64,000 nt of DNA from the human T2T-CHM13v2.0 reference genome, Homo sapiens: assembly GCF_009914755.1 (NCBI RefSeq), contig NC_060947.1; one strand, written 5' to 3'. The translations under genes were made by a program, and so were the position numbers. This document shows positions 1 through 18,791 of the stretch, in pieces. A model generated the notes under the pieces. The model saw nothing but the letters and a program-made list of their open reading frames with translations. It made no database searches and was not told where the DNA came from. How positions within the stretch are numbered: position 1 is the stretch's first letter; each line of letters begins with the position of its first letter.

Positions 1-8
1 ATAGATAC

Positions 9-232
9 CTTAATATTTGATTTCTTTTGATTCTAGTTTCACATTTGTTTAGTCATTTCCAGTATTTCTTCAATGGTGAACAAATGTTTGCTTTGGTCTG
101 ACCCATTATTCACGGGAGATTCACACTAGAAAATGTGGTTATGGGAGCCCCACTCAAATGCCAATAAGATGTATCTGCGTATCTTCCTCATTCTCCTTAT
201 GAACACTATGGACACTGGACACAACATACCAT
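9..232 (-). other. Candidate spliced exon (224 nt) of an unidentified minus-strand transcript
   Basis: Minus strand reads ...tgctgtttctctccccactgccag|ATGGTATG...AATATTAAG|gtatct: polypyrimidine tract plus AG acceptor and AAG|GT donor around non-repeat sequence. All three frames contain stops, so it would be non-coding, terminal-codon-containing or pseudogenic. Confidence 0.35.
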
Positions 233-814
233 CTGGCAGTGGGGAGAGAAACAGCATAAAAATGAGATATGCGTGTGTAGACAAAATATCGATGAATGAA
301 TCTCTGAAAGCTAAGATGAAGGTGAAGCAAAACAGTCAGGTAGATCATTCTGATACTTGTGTTAGTGCTAAAATTATGTTCCCCTACTTTCTTTTTTTTT
401 TTTTTTCTGATGACAGCAGTGCAGGTGACGAAAAATACTTTCAATTTTGCTGCTGACACAAATACTGAAGCACAGAAACCAGGTTCCAGTTTGCTGCTGA
501 GAAAGCAACCTTCCCTCCAGATAAAAGAGAGGATATAATGATATTCGCCTGTTTATGGCACAATCTGTAGTTTATACTCAAACTAGGGTAAGGGGGTTTG
601 GAAAACAACTAAATGGAAATTCAATAAATGAAATGTGAGTAATGTGAACTTTACTCCATTCTTTTATGGAGTTTTCTCACCCTTTGCACTGATTTTGATC
701 TGCAAGTCTAGTGTAAGAATAAGAGGAGAAAATTCTTGAATCTCTGGTTACTAATCTTCATATATATATTTATGTTTTATATATATATATGTTATGTATA
801 TAATAGATAAAAGT

Positions 815-1060
815 CAACATATATAGAGTGCTTACTACATACCAAACACTTTGTTAAGCATCTTTATCATTTATTTCTCACAACCACCTCATGAGATAGA
901 TACCATTATTGTCTCCACTTTTACAGATGGGGACACAGGTTTAGAGAAGTCGAATGACTTTTCTAAGGTCACACAGCCAGTAGGTGGTGATGCTAGGATT
1001 CAAACAGGCAATCTGATTTCAGAATCTGTGCTTTTAATAATCATGTTATATTGCCTCTCA
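815..1060 (+). mobile_element. MIR SINE
   Basis: MIR core: ccacttttacagatggggacacaggtttagagaagtcgaatgacttttctaaggtcacacagccagt...ggattcaaacaggc. Confidence 0.85.
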
Positions 1061-1184
1061 CCTACAGTGCTTAAACAAAAGATAAAGGGCAGTAACTTGA
1101 TCACTGTTATGTAGTAAGGACTGGAAAAGTTTATCAAAAAATTATCTCTGGTGTGGATCTCCCCATTTGTAGTTTATTAAGTGC

Positions 1185-1405
1185 CTTTACTCAAATTTAC
1201 AAATTTTAGATTTACATACTCCCTTATTTGATTTCACAACAATCTTAAGCATTGGCAAGGCAAGCAAATTTACTTCCATTTATCAGATAAAGAAACTGAA
1301 TTTCAGAGAAATTAAGTAAATATATTAAATCTACACAGCTAATAAGACACAAACAAGATTTGAACTCCAAAACAAGTGTACTTTCTGCTGTGACATACTG
1401 CTGCT
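1185..1405 (+). mobile_element. MIR SINE, diverged
   Basis: ccatttatcagataaagaaactgaatttcagagaaattaagtaaa...acacagctaataag...gatttgaactcc matches the MIR core. Confidence 0.75.
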
Positions 1406-1420
1406 ACATATCTGCTAGAT

Positions 1421-4400
1421 ATGAAGGAATTAAGAAGGAAAGTGAAAATTTTTTTGAAACAAATGATAATAGAAACACAACTTACCAAAACCTATGGGAT
1501 TCAGCAAAAGCAGTAGTAAGAGGGAAGTTTATAGCTATAAGTGCCTACATCAAAAAAAGTGGAAAAATTTAAAGTGAACAATCTAATGATACATCTTAAA
1601 GAATTAGAAAAGCAAGAGCAAACCAAACCCAAAATCAGTAGAAAAAAATAATATATATAAAAGTAGAGATAAATAAAATTGAAATAAAGATACAAAAAAA
1701 TATTGGATCCCTTCCTTACACAATATACAAAAATCAACTCAAGATGAATTAAAGTCTTAAATGTAAAACCCAAAACTACAAAAACCCTGGAAGACAACCT
1801 AGATAATACCATTCAGGAGATAGGCATGGGCAAAGATTTCATGATGATGATGCAAAAAGCAATTGCAACAAAGGCAAAAATTGACAAATGGGATCTAATT
1901 AAACTAAAGAGCTTTTGCACAGCAAAAGATATTATCAACAGAGTAAACAGACAACCTACAGAATAGGTGAAAATTTTTGCAAGCTATGCATCTGACAAAG
2001 GTCTAATATCCAGCATCTATAAGGACTTTAAACAAATTTAAAAGAAAAAAACATTAAAAAGTGAGCAAATGACATGAACAGACACTTCTCAAAAGAAGAC
2101 ATACATGTGACCAACAATCATATGAATAAAGCTGAACATCACAGATCATTAGGGAAATGCAAATCAAAACCACAATGAGATACCATCTCACACCCATCAG
2201 AATAGCTATTATTAAAAAGAAACACTTTTACACTGTTGTTGGGACTGTAAATTCATTCAATCATTGTGAAAGACAGCGTGGCAATTTCTCAAAGACCTAA
2301 GGACAGAACTACCATTTGACCCAGCAATCCCATTACTGGGTGTATACCCAAAGGAATATAAATCATTATTATAAAAACACATGCATGCATATGTTCGTTG
2401 CAACACTATTCACAATAGTAAAGACATGGAATCAACCCAAATGCCCATCAATAATAGACTGGATAAAGAAAATGCGGTACATATACACCATGGAATAATG
2501 TGCAGCCATAAAAATAATAAGTTTGTGTCCTTTGCGGGTACATGGATGCAACTGGAGGTCATTACCTTTACCAAGCTAATGCAGGAACAGAAAACCAAAT
2601 ACTTCATGTTCTTACTTATAAGTGGGAGCTAAATGATGAGAACACATGAACACATAGAGGGGAACAACACACACTGGGGCCTATTGGAGTGTTGGAGGTG
2701 GGAGAAGAGAGAGAAGCAGAAAAAAATTACTAATGGCCACTAGGCTTAATACCTGGGTGATGAAATAATCTGTACAATCAACCCTCATGACACACATTTA
2801 CCTATGTAACAAACCTGCTCATCCTGCAAATGTACTCCCAAACTTAAAGTAAAAATTAAAAAAATTTTAAAACAAAATATTTGCTACTAAGAAAAAGCAA
2901 TAAAAAAATCAATGAAACAATAAGTTGTTTTTTTCAAAATGTAAGCAAAATTGACAAACCTCTAGCCAGAGCAACTACGAATCCAAATAAATTAAATCAG
3001 AAATGAAAAAGGAGACATTACAACGGATACTGCAGAAATTCAAGAAATCATTAGTGGCTACTATGAGCAACTTTATGCCAGTAAATTGGAAAATCTAGAC
3101 GAAATGCATAAATTGCTACACACATAAAAACTACCAAGATTGAACAAGGAAGAAATCCAAAACCTGAGCAAACCAATAACAAGTAACGAGATCAATGCCA
3201 TAAGAAACAGTCTCCCAGTAAAGGAAAGTCCAGGACCTGATGGCTTCACTGCTGAGTTCTACAAAACAGTTAAAGATGAACTAATAGCAGTCCTACTCAA
3301 ACTCTTCTGGAAAAAAAGAGGAGGGGAGAATACTTGCAAACTTCTAAAAGGACAGTATTACCCTGACACAAAACCAGATAAAGATATATCAAAAAATATA
3401 TAACTACAGGCTAATATCTCTGATGAATAGTGATGTGTAAATTCTCAACAAAATACTAGCAAACTGAATTCAACAATATATTAGAAAAATCCTTGATTAT
3501 GACCCTTTAGGATTTATTTCTGGGAAGCTAGGATGATTCAAAATATGCAAATAAATCAATGTGATATATCATATCAGCAGAAGGAAGGATAAAAACCATA
3601 TGACCATTTTAATTGGTGCAGAAAAAGCACTTGATAGAACTCAACATCCCTTCATAATAAAAACCTTCAAAAATTAGGCATAGAAGGAGCATATCTCAAC
3701 ATGATAAAAGCTATATATGACAGACCCACAGCTAATATCATACTGAACGGGGAAAAACTGACAGCTTTTCCTCTAAGATCTGAAACACAACCAAGTTGCC
3801 CACCGTCACTAATATTACTCAATCTAGTACTGGAAGTTCTAGCTAAAGCAATCAGATAAGAGAAAGATATAAAAGAAAACCACATTGGAAAGGAAGAAAT
3901 CAAATTATTCATGTTTGCGGATGATATGATCTTATACTTGGAAAAACATGTGACTCCACAAGAAAACTATTAGAATTTATGAACAGGTTCAGTAAATTTG
4001 CAGGATACAAAATCAACATTAAAAAATCAGTTGCATTTTTATACACCAACAGTGAACAATGTGAAAAATAAATTTAAAAAGTAATTTATTTACAATACCC
4101 ACACATAAAATTAAATACCTGGGAACTAACCAAAGAAGTAAAAGAACTTTATAATGAAAAGTATAAAAGACTGATGAAGAAAATTGAAGAGGACATAAAA
4201 GAAATGAAAAAAAAAATCCATGTTCATGGATTGGAAGAATCAATATTGTTAAAAGGTCCATACTACACAAAGTAATCTACAGATTCAATGCAATCCCTAT
4301 CAAAAAATCAATGATGTTCTTCATAGAAATAGAAAATAAAATCTAAAATTCTTATGGAACCACAAAAGATCCAGAATAGCCAACACTATCGTAAGCAAAA

Positions 4401-5943
4401 AGAACAAAACTAGAGGAATAACATTACCTGACTTGAACTTATACTACAGAGCTATAATAACCAAAGCAGCATGATATTGACATAAAAACAGACATATAGA
4501 CTAATGAAACAGAATGAAGAACTCAGAAACAAATTCACATACCTACAGTGAACTCATTTTTGACAAAGGTGGCAAGAAAATACATTGTGGGAAAAGACAC
4601 CCTCTTTAATAAATTATGCTGGGAAAACTAAATATCCATGTGCAGAAGAAAGAAACTAAACCCCTATATCACCATATACATAAATCAAATCAAAATGGAT
4701 TAAAGACTTAAATCTCACACCTCAAACTATGAAACTTCTACAAGAAAACGTTGGAGAAACTCTAGGATATTGGTCTGGGCAAAAATTTCTTGAGCACTGC
4801 CCCACAAGCACAGACAACCAAAGCAAAAATGGACAAATGGGATCATATCAAGTTAAAAATCTTCAGTCCAGTGCAGGATACAATAAATAAAGTGAAGAGA
4901 CAACCCACTGAATGGGAGAAAGTATTTTCAAACTACCCATCTGACAAGGGATTAATAACCAGAGTATATGAGTCTTAAACAACACTATAGGAAAAATATA
5001 ATAATCTGATCAAAAATAGGGAAAAGATCTGAACAGCCATTTCTCTAATGAAGATATAAAAATGGTAAATAGGCATATGAAAAGGTGTTCAACATCATTA
5101 ATCATCTGAGAAATGCAAATCAAAGCTACAATGAGATATAATCTCACTCCAGTTAAAATGACTTTCATCCAAAATACAGGCAATAACAAATGCTGGCAAG
5201 GATGTGGAGTAAAGGGAACCCTTATTCACTGTTGGTGGTAATGTAAATTAGTACAACCACCATAGAGAACCGTTTGGAGGTTCCTCAAAAAGTAAAAATT
5301 GAGCAACCATATAATCCAGAAATCCCACTGCTGGGTATATGCCCAAAAGAAAAAAGATCAGTATGTTGTAGAGATATCTGCAGTCCTATGTTTGTTGCAG
5401 CACTGTAAGACTTGGAAGCAATGTACGTTTTCAAGAGATAAATGGATACAGAAAAACTGGTAGCCATAAAAAAATGAGATGCATTCATTTGCAACAACAT
5501 GGATGGAACTGGAGATCATAATGTTAAGTGAAATAAGCCAGGCAGAGAAAGACAAACATCACATATTCTCACATATTTGTGGTATCTAAAAATGAAAACA
5601 ATTGAACCCGTGGACATAGAGAGATGTCTATCAGAGGCTGATAAAGGTAGTTGGGGGCTGGGGGGAGGTAGAGATAGTTAACGGGTACAAATAATAGAAA
5701 TAATGAATAAGACCTACTCTTTGATAACACAATAGGGGGACTATAGTCAGTAATAATTGTACACTTTAAAATAACTTAAAGAAATACTTGGATTCTTTGT
5801 AACTCAAAGGATAAAGCCTTGAGGGGATGGATACCCAATTCACTATGATGTGCTTATTTCACATTTCAAGCATTTATTAAAACAACCCACATATCCCACA
5901 AGTATATACCTACTATGTACTGACAAAAATTAAAAATATAAAA
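1421..5943 (+). mobile_element. 5'-truncated L1MA1/L1MA2-like LINE-1 (ORF2 remnant to 3'UTR), interrupted at 1703-2875
   Basis: ORF2 remnants ([13 protein letters not shown]; [12 protein letters not shown]; KMDKWDHIKLK) and an L1MA1/2-type 3' end (actcaaaggataaagccttgaggggatggataccc...tactatgtactgacaaaaattaaaa). ORF2 breaks near 1700 and resumes near 2900. Confidence 0.85.
1703..2875 (+). mobile_element. 5'-truncated older L1PA (about L1PA13-15) 3' end nested in the L1MA
   Basis: Starts at ggatcccttccttaca (ORF2 3' part); 3'UTR ctaggcttaatacctgggtgatgaaataatctgtacaatcaaccctcatgacac; A-rich tail. No clean TSD found. Confidence 0.8.
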
Positions 5944-6682
5944 CAATACAGTATTGTTAAATTAGTTACTATGCTGTACAACAGATTTATAAGACTTTAT
6001 TCATCTTGCATAACTGAAATATCCTACCGTTGAACAAGAACTCCTCTTCCACCAGTCTCTGGAAACCACTAGTGTACTTTTCATTTCTGAATTTGGCTAT
6101 TTTAGATACCTCCTATAAGTGGAATCATGTAATATTTGCCCGTAACTGACTTATTTCATCTAGCATAATGTCTTCCAGGTTAACCACATTGTCAGATATA
6201 GCAAGGTTTTCTTCTTTTTAAAATTTGAATGATATTCCATCATATATATATATATATAATGCATTTTCTTTATCCACTCATCCATCAGTGGACTGTTAGA
6301 TTGATTCCATATCTTGGCTACCATAAATACTGTGAATAATATTTTAATGACCTTGGAGGTGCAGATATCCTTTCAACATATTGATGTCAAACCCTTTGGA
6401 TATATACCCAGAAGTGGGATTCCTGGATTATATGGTGGTTCCATTTTTAATTTTTTGAAGAACCTCCATATGTTTTTGATAGTGGCTGCACCATTTCACC
6501 ATCCCACCAACAGTGCACAAGGGTTCCAATTTCTCCATGTCCTCTTCAATGATTGTTATTTCGTAGTTGTGTTTTCCTTTTTCCTAATAGTTGCCACCTT
6601 AATGGGTGTGAAGTAATATTTGATTATGGTTTTATTTGCATTTCCCTGATGATTAGTGATGTTGAGCACCTTTTCATATATC

Positions 6683-8849
<2,167 letters not shown>

Positions 8850-10513
8850 ACCTTTTCATATATCTGTTGGTGATTTGTGTTTCTTCTTTGGAGAAATGTC
8901 TGTTCAAGTCTTTTGCCCACTTTTTAATCATGTTTATTTTTTCTTTTGCTATTGAGTTGTAGTAGCTCCATATATATGTTAGATATTAACCACTCATCAG
9001 TTATATATGTTGCAAATATTTTCTCCCATTCCATTAGTTACCTTCTCACTCTGTTTATTGTTTCTTTTGCTGTGTAGAAGTTTTAGTTCATGTTGTCCCA
9101 CTTGTTTATTTTTGTTTTTGTTGTTTGTGCTTTTGATGTCATATCCAAATAAAACACTGCTAAGACCAAGGTCAAGATGATTTTTCCCCGTTTTCTTGTA
9201 AAAGTTTTAGTTTCAGGTTACAAGTTTAAGTTTTTAAACCATTTACAGTTGATTTTTATGTATGGTATGTGATAATGGTTGACTTTTATCCTTTTGCATG
9301 TTGATATCCAATTTTCCCAGCACTATTTGTTCAAGAGACTATACTTTGCCCATTGTGCAGTTATCTTGGCACTCTTATCAAGTTTTAGTTGATTGTACAT
9401 GTGTTGGTTTATTTCTGGACTCTTTAACTTGTTTCATTTGTCTATATGTCTGTTTTTATGCCTGTATCATATGGTTTTAATTACTGTAGGTTTGTAATAT
9501 ATTTGACAATTAGGAAGTGTGTTACCTCCAGCTTTATTCTTCTTTCTCAAGATTGCTTTTGCTATTTGAGATCGTTTTTGAATTCATACAAATTGTAATA
9601 TTGTTTGTTCTATTTCTGCTTAAAAATGCTTTTAGAATACTAATGGAGATAACATTGAACATGTACACTCTTTTTGGTAATATGGCTATTTTAATAATAT
9701 TATTTCAATTTATGAGCAAGATATGGCTTTGCATTTATTTATGTATTCTGTAATTTATTTCATCTTTGTTTTGTAATTTTTATTGTACAAGTCTTTCACC
9801 TCCTTGGTTATGTTTAGTCCTGTGTATTTTGCTTCTTTGGATGCTATAGTAAATTGGACTATTTACTGAATTTCTATTTGGGGAGTTTATTTTTAGTGTG
9901 TAGAAACACTACTGATTTTTCTATGTTGATTTTGTATCCTCCAACTTTACCAAGTTCATTTATTAGTTTGAATAGTTTGCTGTTTGGGGATCTTTAGAGT
10001 TGTCTACATATAAGATCATGTCCTCTGCAAACAGAGATAATTTCACTTCTGACTTTTTACTTTAGATAGCTTTTATTTCTTTTTCCTGCCTTATTGCTCT
10101 GGCAAGGACTTTCAGTAGTGTATTTAATAGAAGTGGCAAGAGTGGGCATCTTTGCTTTGTTCCTTTTATCTTAGAGGAAAAACTTTCAGCTTTTCATTGT
10201 GAGTATGATGGTAGATGTAGGCTTCTCATATATGGACTTTATTGTGTTGAGGTACTTATTTTTCTTTAGCTATTTTTCTTTACCTAATTTATTGAAAATT
10301 TTTAACATGAAAGGATGTTAAATTTTGTTAAATGCTTTTTCAGCAACTTTTGAGATGATTATATAATTTTTATTCTTCTGTTAATGTAATGTATTACATA
10401 TGTTGACTTGCATATTTTAAACCATCTTTGTATCTCAGGGATAAATCCCACTACATCTTGGTGTATGATCTTTTTAATGTGCTGAAGAATTGGATTTGTG
10501 AATATTTTGCTGA

Positions 10514-14916
<4,403 letters not shown>

Positions 14917-14967
14917 AATATTTTGTTGAGAATGTCCCCATCTATGTTCATCAGGGATATTGTCCTG

Positions 14968-15358
14968 CACAGTGTGGTTATGTCCTGATAAACCAATCAT
15001 AAATTGAAGATATTACAAGTGAAAATACATTTAATACACTTGACCTGCTGAACATTATAGCTTCATCTAGCTTAGTTTAAATGTGCTCAGTATAATTATA
15101 TTAGCCTACAGTTGAGCAAAATTTCTGGCAACACACTATACTGTAGAGGATAAGCTATTTTACCTTCATGATCGTGTGGCTGACTGGGAGCTGTGGCTCA
15201 CTGATGCAGCACAAGAAAGTATTGTACTGCATACCACTAGCCCAAGAAAAGATAAAACTTCAAATTTTGAAGTATGGCTTCTACTGAATGCACATCATTT
15301 TGCACTATTGTAAAGTCCAAAAATTATAAGTTGAACTATTGTAAGTCAATGACTATCT
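14968..15358 (+). mobile_element. MER47B/Tigger5-derived DNA transposon
   Basis: ggttatgtcctgataaaccaatcataaattgaag...attagcctacagttgagcaaaat...gtggctgactgggagctg...ttctactgaatgc...gtaagtcaatgactatct match remembered MER47 motifs; the left terminus is incomplete. Confidence 0.8.
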
Positions 15359-15529
15359 ACATTTTTCTTGTGGTGTCTTTGTCTGGCTTTGCTATCAAGG
15401 TAATGCTGACCTCATAAAATGAGTTTGAAGTGCTTCCTCCTCTTATGTTATTTGAAAGTATAAGTATTAATGTTCAATCTTTGTTTAAATGTTTAGTAGA
15501 ATTCACCAGTGAAGCCATCTGGTCCTGCA

Positions 15530-15561
<32 letters not shown>

Positions 15562-15610
15562 GAATTAGTTGACTATTGATTCACTTTCGTTAATTTTTAT
15601 TGGTCTGTTC

Positions 15611-15768
15611 CAGGAGGAGGAGAAAGAGGAAGAGGAGGAGGAGGAGAGAATGGGAAGAAGGAGAAGGAGCAGGAGAGGAAGAAGAAGAAGAAGGAGAAGG
15701 AGAAGGAGAAGGAGAGGGAGAGGGAGAGGGAGAGGGAGAAGAAGAAGAGGAGGAGGAGGAAGAAGAAA
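15611..15768 (+). repeat. Polypurine (GGA/GAA/GGAGAA/GGGAGA)n tract
   Basis: About 155 nt almost entirely A and G; explains ORFs 15565..15873 and 15569..15847. Confidence 0.95.
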
Positions 15769-15866
15769 AATAAGAGATATAAAGTTTATTCTTTCTATAA
15801 TCTTGATATCATCTACCGCAAAGCCTTTCCAATGGAAGTCAGGATGAATTATTAAACACTTACTGT

Positions 15867-16036
15867 TGGCCATACACAGTAGCTCACGCCTGTAATCCCA
15901 GCAATTTGGAAGGCCAAGGCAAGAGGGTCGCTTGAGCCTAGGATTTGGGGACCAGCCTGAGCATCAAAGTGAGACCATACCTCTATTTAAAAAAAAAAAT
16001 AAACTTAGCCAGGTGTAATAAAATAAAATAAAATAA
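15867..16036 (+). mobile_element. FLAM / AluJ left monomer with (AAAAT)n tail
   Basis: ggccatacacagtagctcacgcctgtaatcccagc...gcttgagcctagga...accagcctgagc; the right arm stops after ttagccaggtg. Confidence 0.85.
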
Positions 16037-17726
16037 CTTACTAGAATTAGTAAATGTTAATATGCAGCCCAAGGAGTGGGTACCACCCTATCTTAGTTAG
16101 TGCCCATGCCTCAAGCCATCAGCCCTCTAGTAGGAGATCCTGGCTTTAATATAATAACTTTGATTTGAATCAGTCAGAGGCTCAGAATCTGGGTTCAGTC
16201 TCTTTTTTTAATGCTATAATATTGTTAAATGCCTTTGATTCTTTAAAGTTGGCACTATGAGATCAGTGGGTGAATGAACAAAGCTTTTCTGGCTCTGTGC
16301 TCTTTACTGAGACAATATGTATCCTTATTAGAAACTTGAAGCAAAATTGACATTTATCAAGGTGTATTTTTAAATCTATCTCCTTACAATGATATCTACC
16401 ATCTGAAGGATTTAATTATAATCTCCTTTCAAAGTCCTTACAAATTCAATTAGATATGTGATGATCTCTAAGTAATTTTAATTCTCAATTACCCTTTCTA
16501 TCATACTCTAAAGATGACCGAGGCTTTGGAAAGATCCTAAAGAGTACTCTTGAAGTGGAAACATCCTAAGTCTTCTTATTCTTCTCAACTATATGTGATA
16601 ATAGAGCATGGTTAAATCTAATGGTAAAAATGAGTAATTTCACCCAAAACTGTCCAGAGCTTTTTGAAGTTGAGGAATAATATATTTGTTCACCTTAGAA
16701 ATTTCTTCAGATCCATATACAAACTACAAATACATACATACTACAAATATGTGATATTATGTTACATATATGGGATATGGAATGATTAAGTCAGAGTATT
16801 TGAGGTATTCATCACCTGGACTATTTATCATGTCTATATGTTGGGAATATTTCAAGTTCTTTCTCCTAGCTTCTATGAAATGTGCAATACATTGTTGCTA
16901 ACCTATAGTCACCCTACTCTGCTATTGAACATTATAACTTACACCTTTCATCTAACTGTATGTTTGTGCCCATTGACCAACCTCTCTTCATCCCCCCCGC
17001 CCCCGGCCACCTAAACACCCTTCTCAGCCTCTGATATCTATCATTCTACTCTCTACCTCCATTAGATCACCTTTTAAAGCTCCCACGTATGAGTGAGAAC
17101 ATGCAATGTTTGTCTTTCTACGGCCAGCATATTTTGCTTAACATAACAACCTCTAGTTGCTGCGAATGCCATGATTTCATTCCTTTTCTGGCTGAATAGT
17201 ATTTCATTGCATATATATGTATATATATATAGTTATTACATATTATATTATATATAAATCTATTGCATATATATATAATTTTCTTTATCCATTCGTCTGG
17301 TGATGGACTCTTAGGTTGATTTCACATATTTGCTACCATAAAAGTGCTGCAATAAGCATGCGAATACAGATAAAACTTTGATATACTTATTTTTTATCCT
17401 TTGGATTTATACCCAGTAGTGGGATTGTTGGATGGTATGGTAGTTCTATTTTTAGTTTTTTAAAAAATATTAATATTGTCTTCCATAGTGGCTGTACTAA
17501 CTTAAATTTATACCAAAGGGAGTAAGAGTTCCCTTTTCTCCACATCCTCACCACCATGTTATTTTTGTCTTTATAATAATAGACATTTCTAAGATAATAC
17601 CTCATCATAGTTTTGATTTGCATTTCTCAGATGATTAGTAATGTCGAGCATTTTTTATACACCTGTTGGCCATTTGTATGTCTTTTTTTTTGAGAAATGT
17701 CTATTCATAACCTTTGCCCACTTTTT

Positions 17727-17978
17727 TTTTTTTTTTTTTTCTTGAGGCAACTTGTATTTCAGAATGCAGGAGGAAAACTTCACATGTACTTCCCATTTTA
17801 TCACACATATTGAAAACAGGTACTCAAGAGTCGAGACTTAATAACAGATGTAGGGAAGGGGAGGCTGGGTCTCCATTGGAGTGAGCATTTGGTTAGTAGT
17901 AGCTGTGTTCAGCACAGATGTTTGGCATTCTGACCTGATTGTTCCTGCTGCCTAGCTTAATTTCTTCCCAGTTCAATC
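17727..17978 (-). other. SVA 3' transduction (238 bp, 17741-17978) plus second poly(A)
   Basis: Non-SVA, non-L1 sequence between the SVA tail and a second poly(A), all inside the perfect TSD ctttgcccacttttt (17712-17726 and 18792-18806). Confidence 0.9.
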
Positions 17979-17979
17979 T

Positions 17980-18022
<43 letters not shown>

Positions 18023-18791
18023 TTTTTTATTGATCATTCTTGGGTGTTTCTCACAGAGGGGGATTTGGCAGGGTCACAGGACAATAGTGGAGGGAAGGTC
18101 AGCAGATAAACAAGTGAACAAAGGTCTCTGGTTTTCCTAGGCAGAGGACCCTGCAGCCTTCCGCAGTGTTTGTGTCCCTGGGTACTTGAGATTAGGGAGT
18201 GGTGATGACTCTTAACGAGCATGCTGCCTTCAAGCATCTGTTTAACAAAGCACATCTTGCACCACCCTTAATCCATTCAACCCTGAGCGGACACAGCACA
18301 TGTTTCAGAGAGCACAGGGTTGGGGGTAAGGTCACAGATCAACAGGATCCCAAGGCAGCAGAATTTTTCTTAGCACAGAACAAAATGAAAAGTCTCCCAT
18401 GTCTACCTCTTTCTACACAGACATGGCAACCATCCGATTTCTCAATCTTTTCCCCACTTTTCCCCCCTTTCTATTCCACAAAACCGCCATTGTCATCATG
18501 GCCCGTTCTCAATGAGCTGTTGGGTACACCTCCCAGACGGGGTGGTGGCCGGGCAGAGGGTCTCCTCACTTCCCAGTAGGGGCGGCCGGGCAGAGGCGCC
18601 CCTCACCTCCTGGATGGGGCGGCTGGCCGTGCGGGGGGTGACCCCCCACCTCCCTCCCGGACGGGGCGGCTGGCCGGGCAGGGGGCTGACCCCCCCACCT
18701 CCCTCCCGGATGGGGCGGCTGGCTGGGCAGAGGGGCTCCTCACTTCCCAGTAGGGGCAGCCGGGCAGAGGCGCCCCTCACCTCCCGGATGG
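17979..18791 (-). mobile_element. 5'-truncated SVA (SVA_D-like): (TAAA)n tail, SINE-R, partial VNTR
   Basis: SINE-R end ttattgatcattcttgggtgtttctc...gtcacagatcaacaggatcccaaggcag; VNTR units ccggacggggcggctggccgggcag; no Alu-like domain or CCCTCT hexamer. Confidence 0.97.

Noticed and set aside
133-456. 107-aa plus-strand ORF
   Set aside because: No recognisable homology, runs through a poly(T) tract, and the length is compatible with chance.
1681-2910. TSD or 3' transduction for the nested L1PA13-15
   Set aside because: The flanks are too A-rich and degenerate to define a TSD; the ~20 extra nt cannot be told from tail decay.
15565-15873. Arg/Glu-rich (protamine-like) and poly-Leu ORFs
   Set aside because: Translations of the polypurine simple repeat on the two strands.
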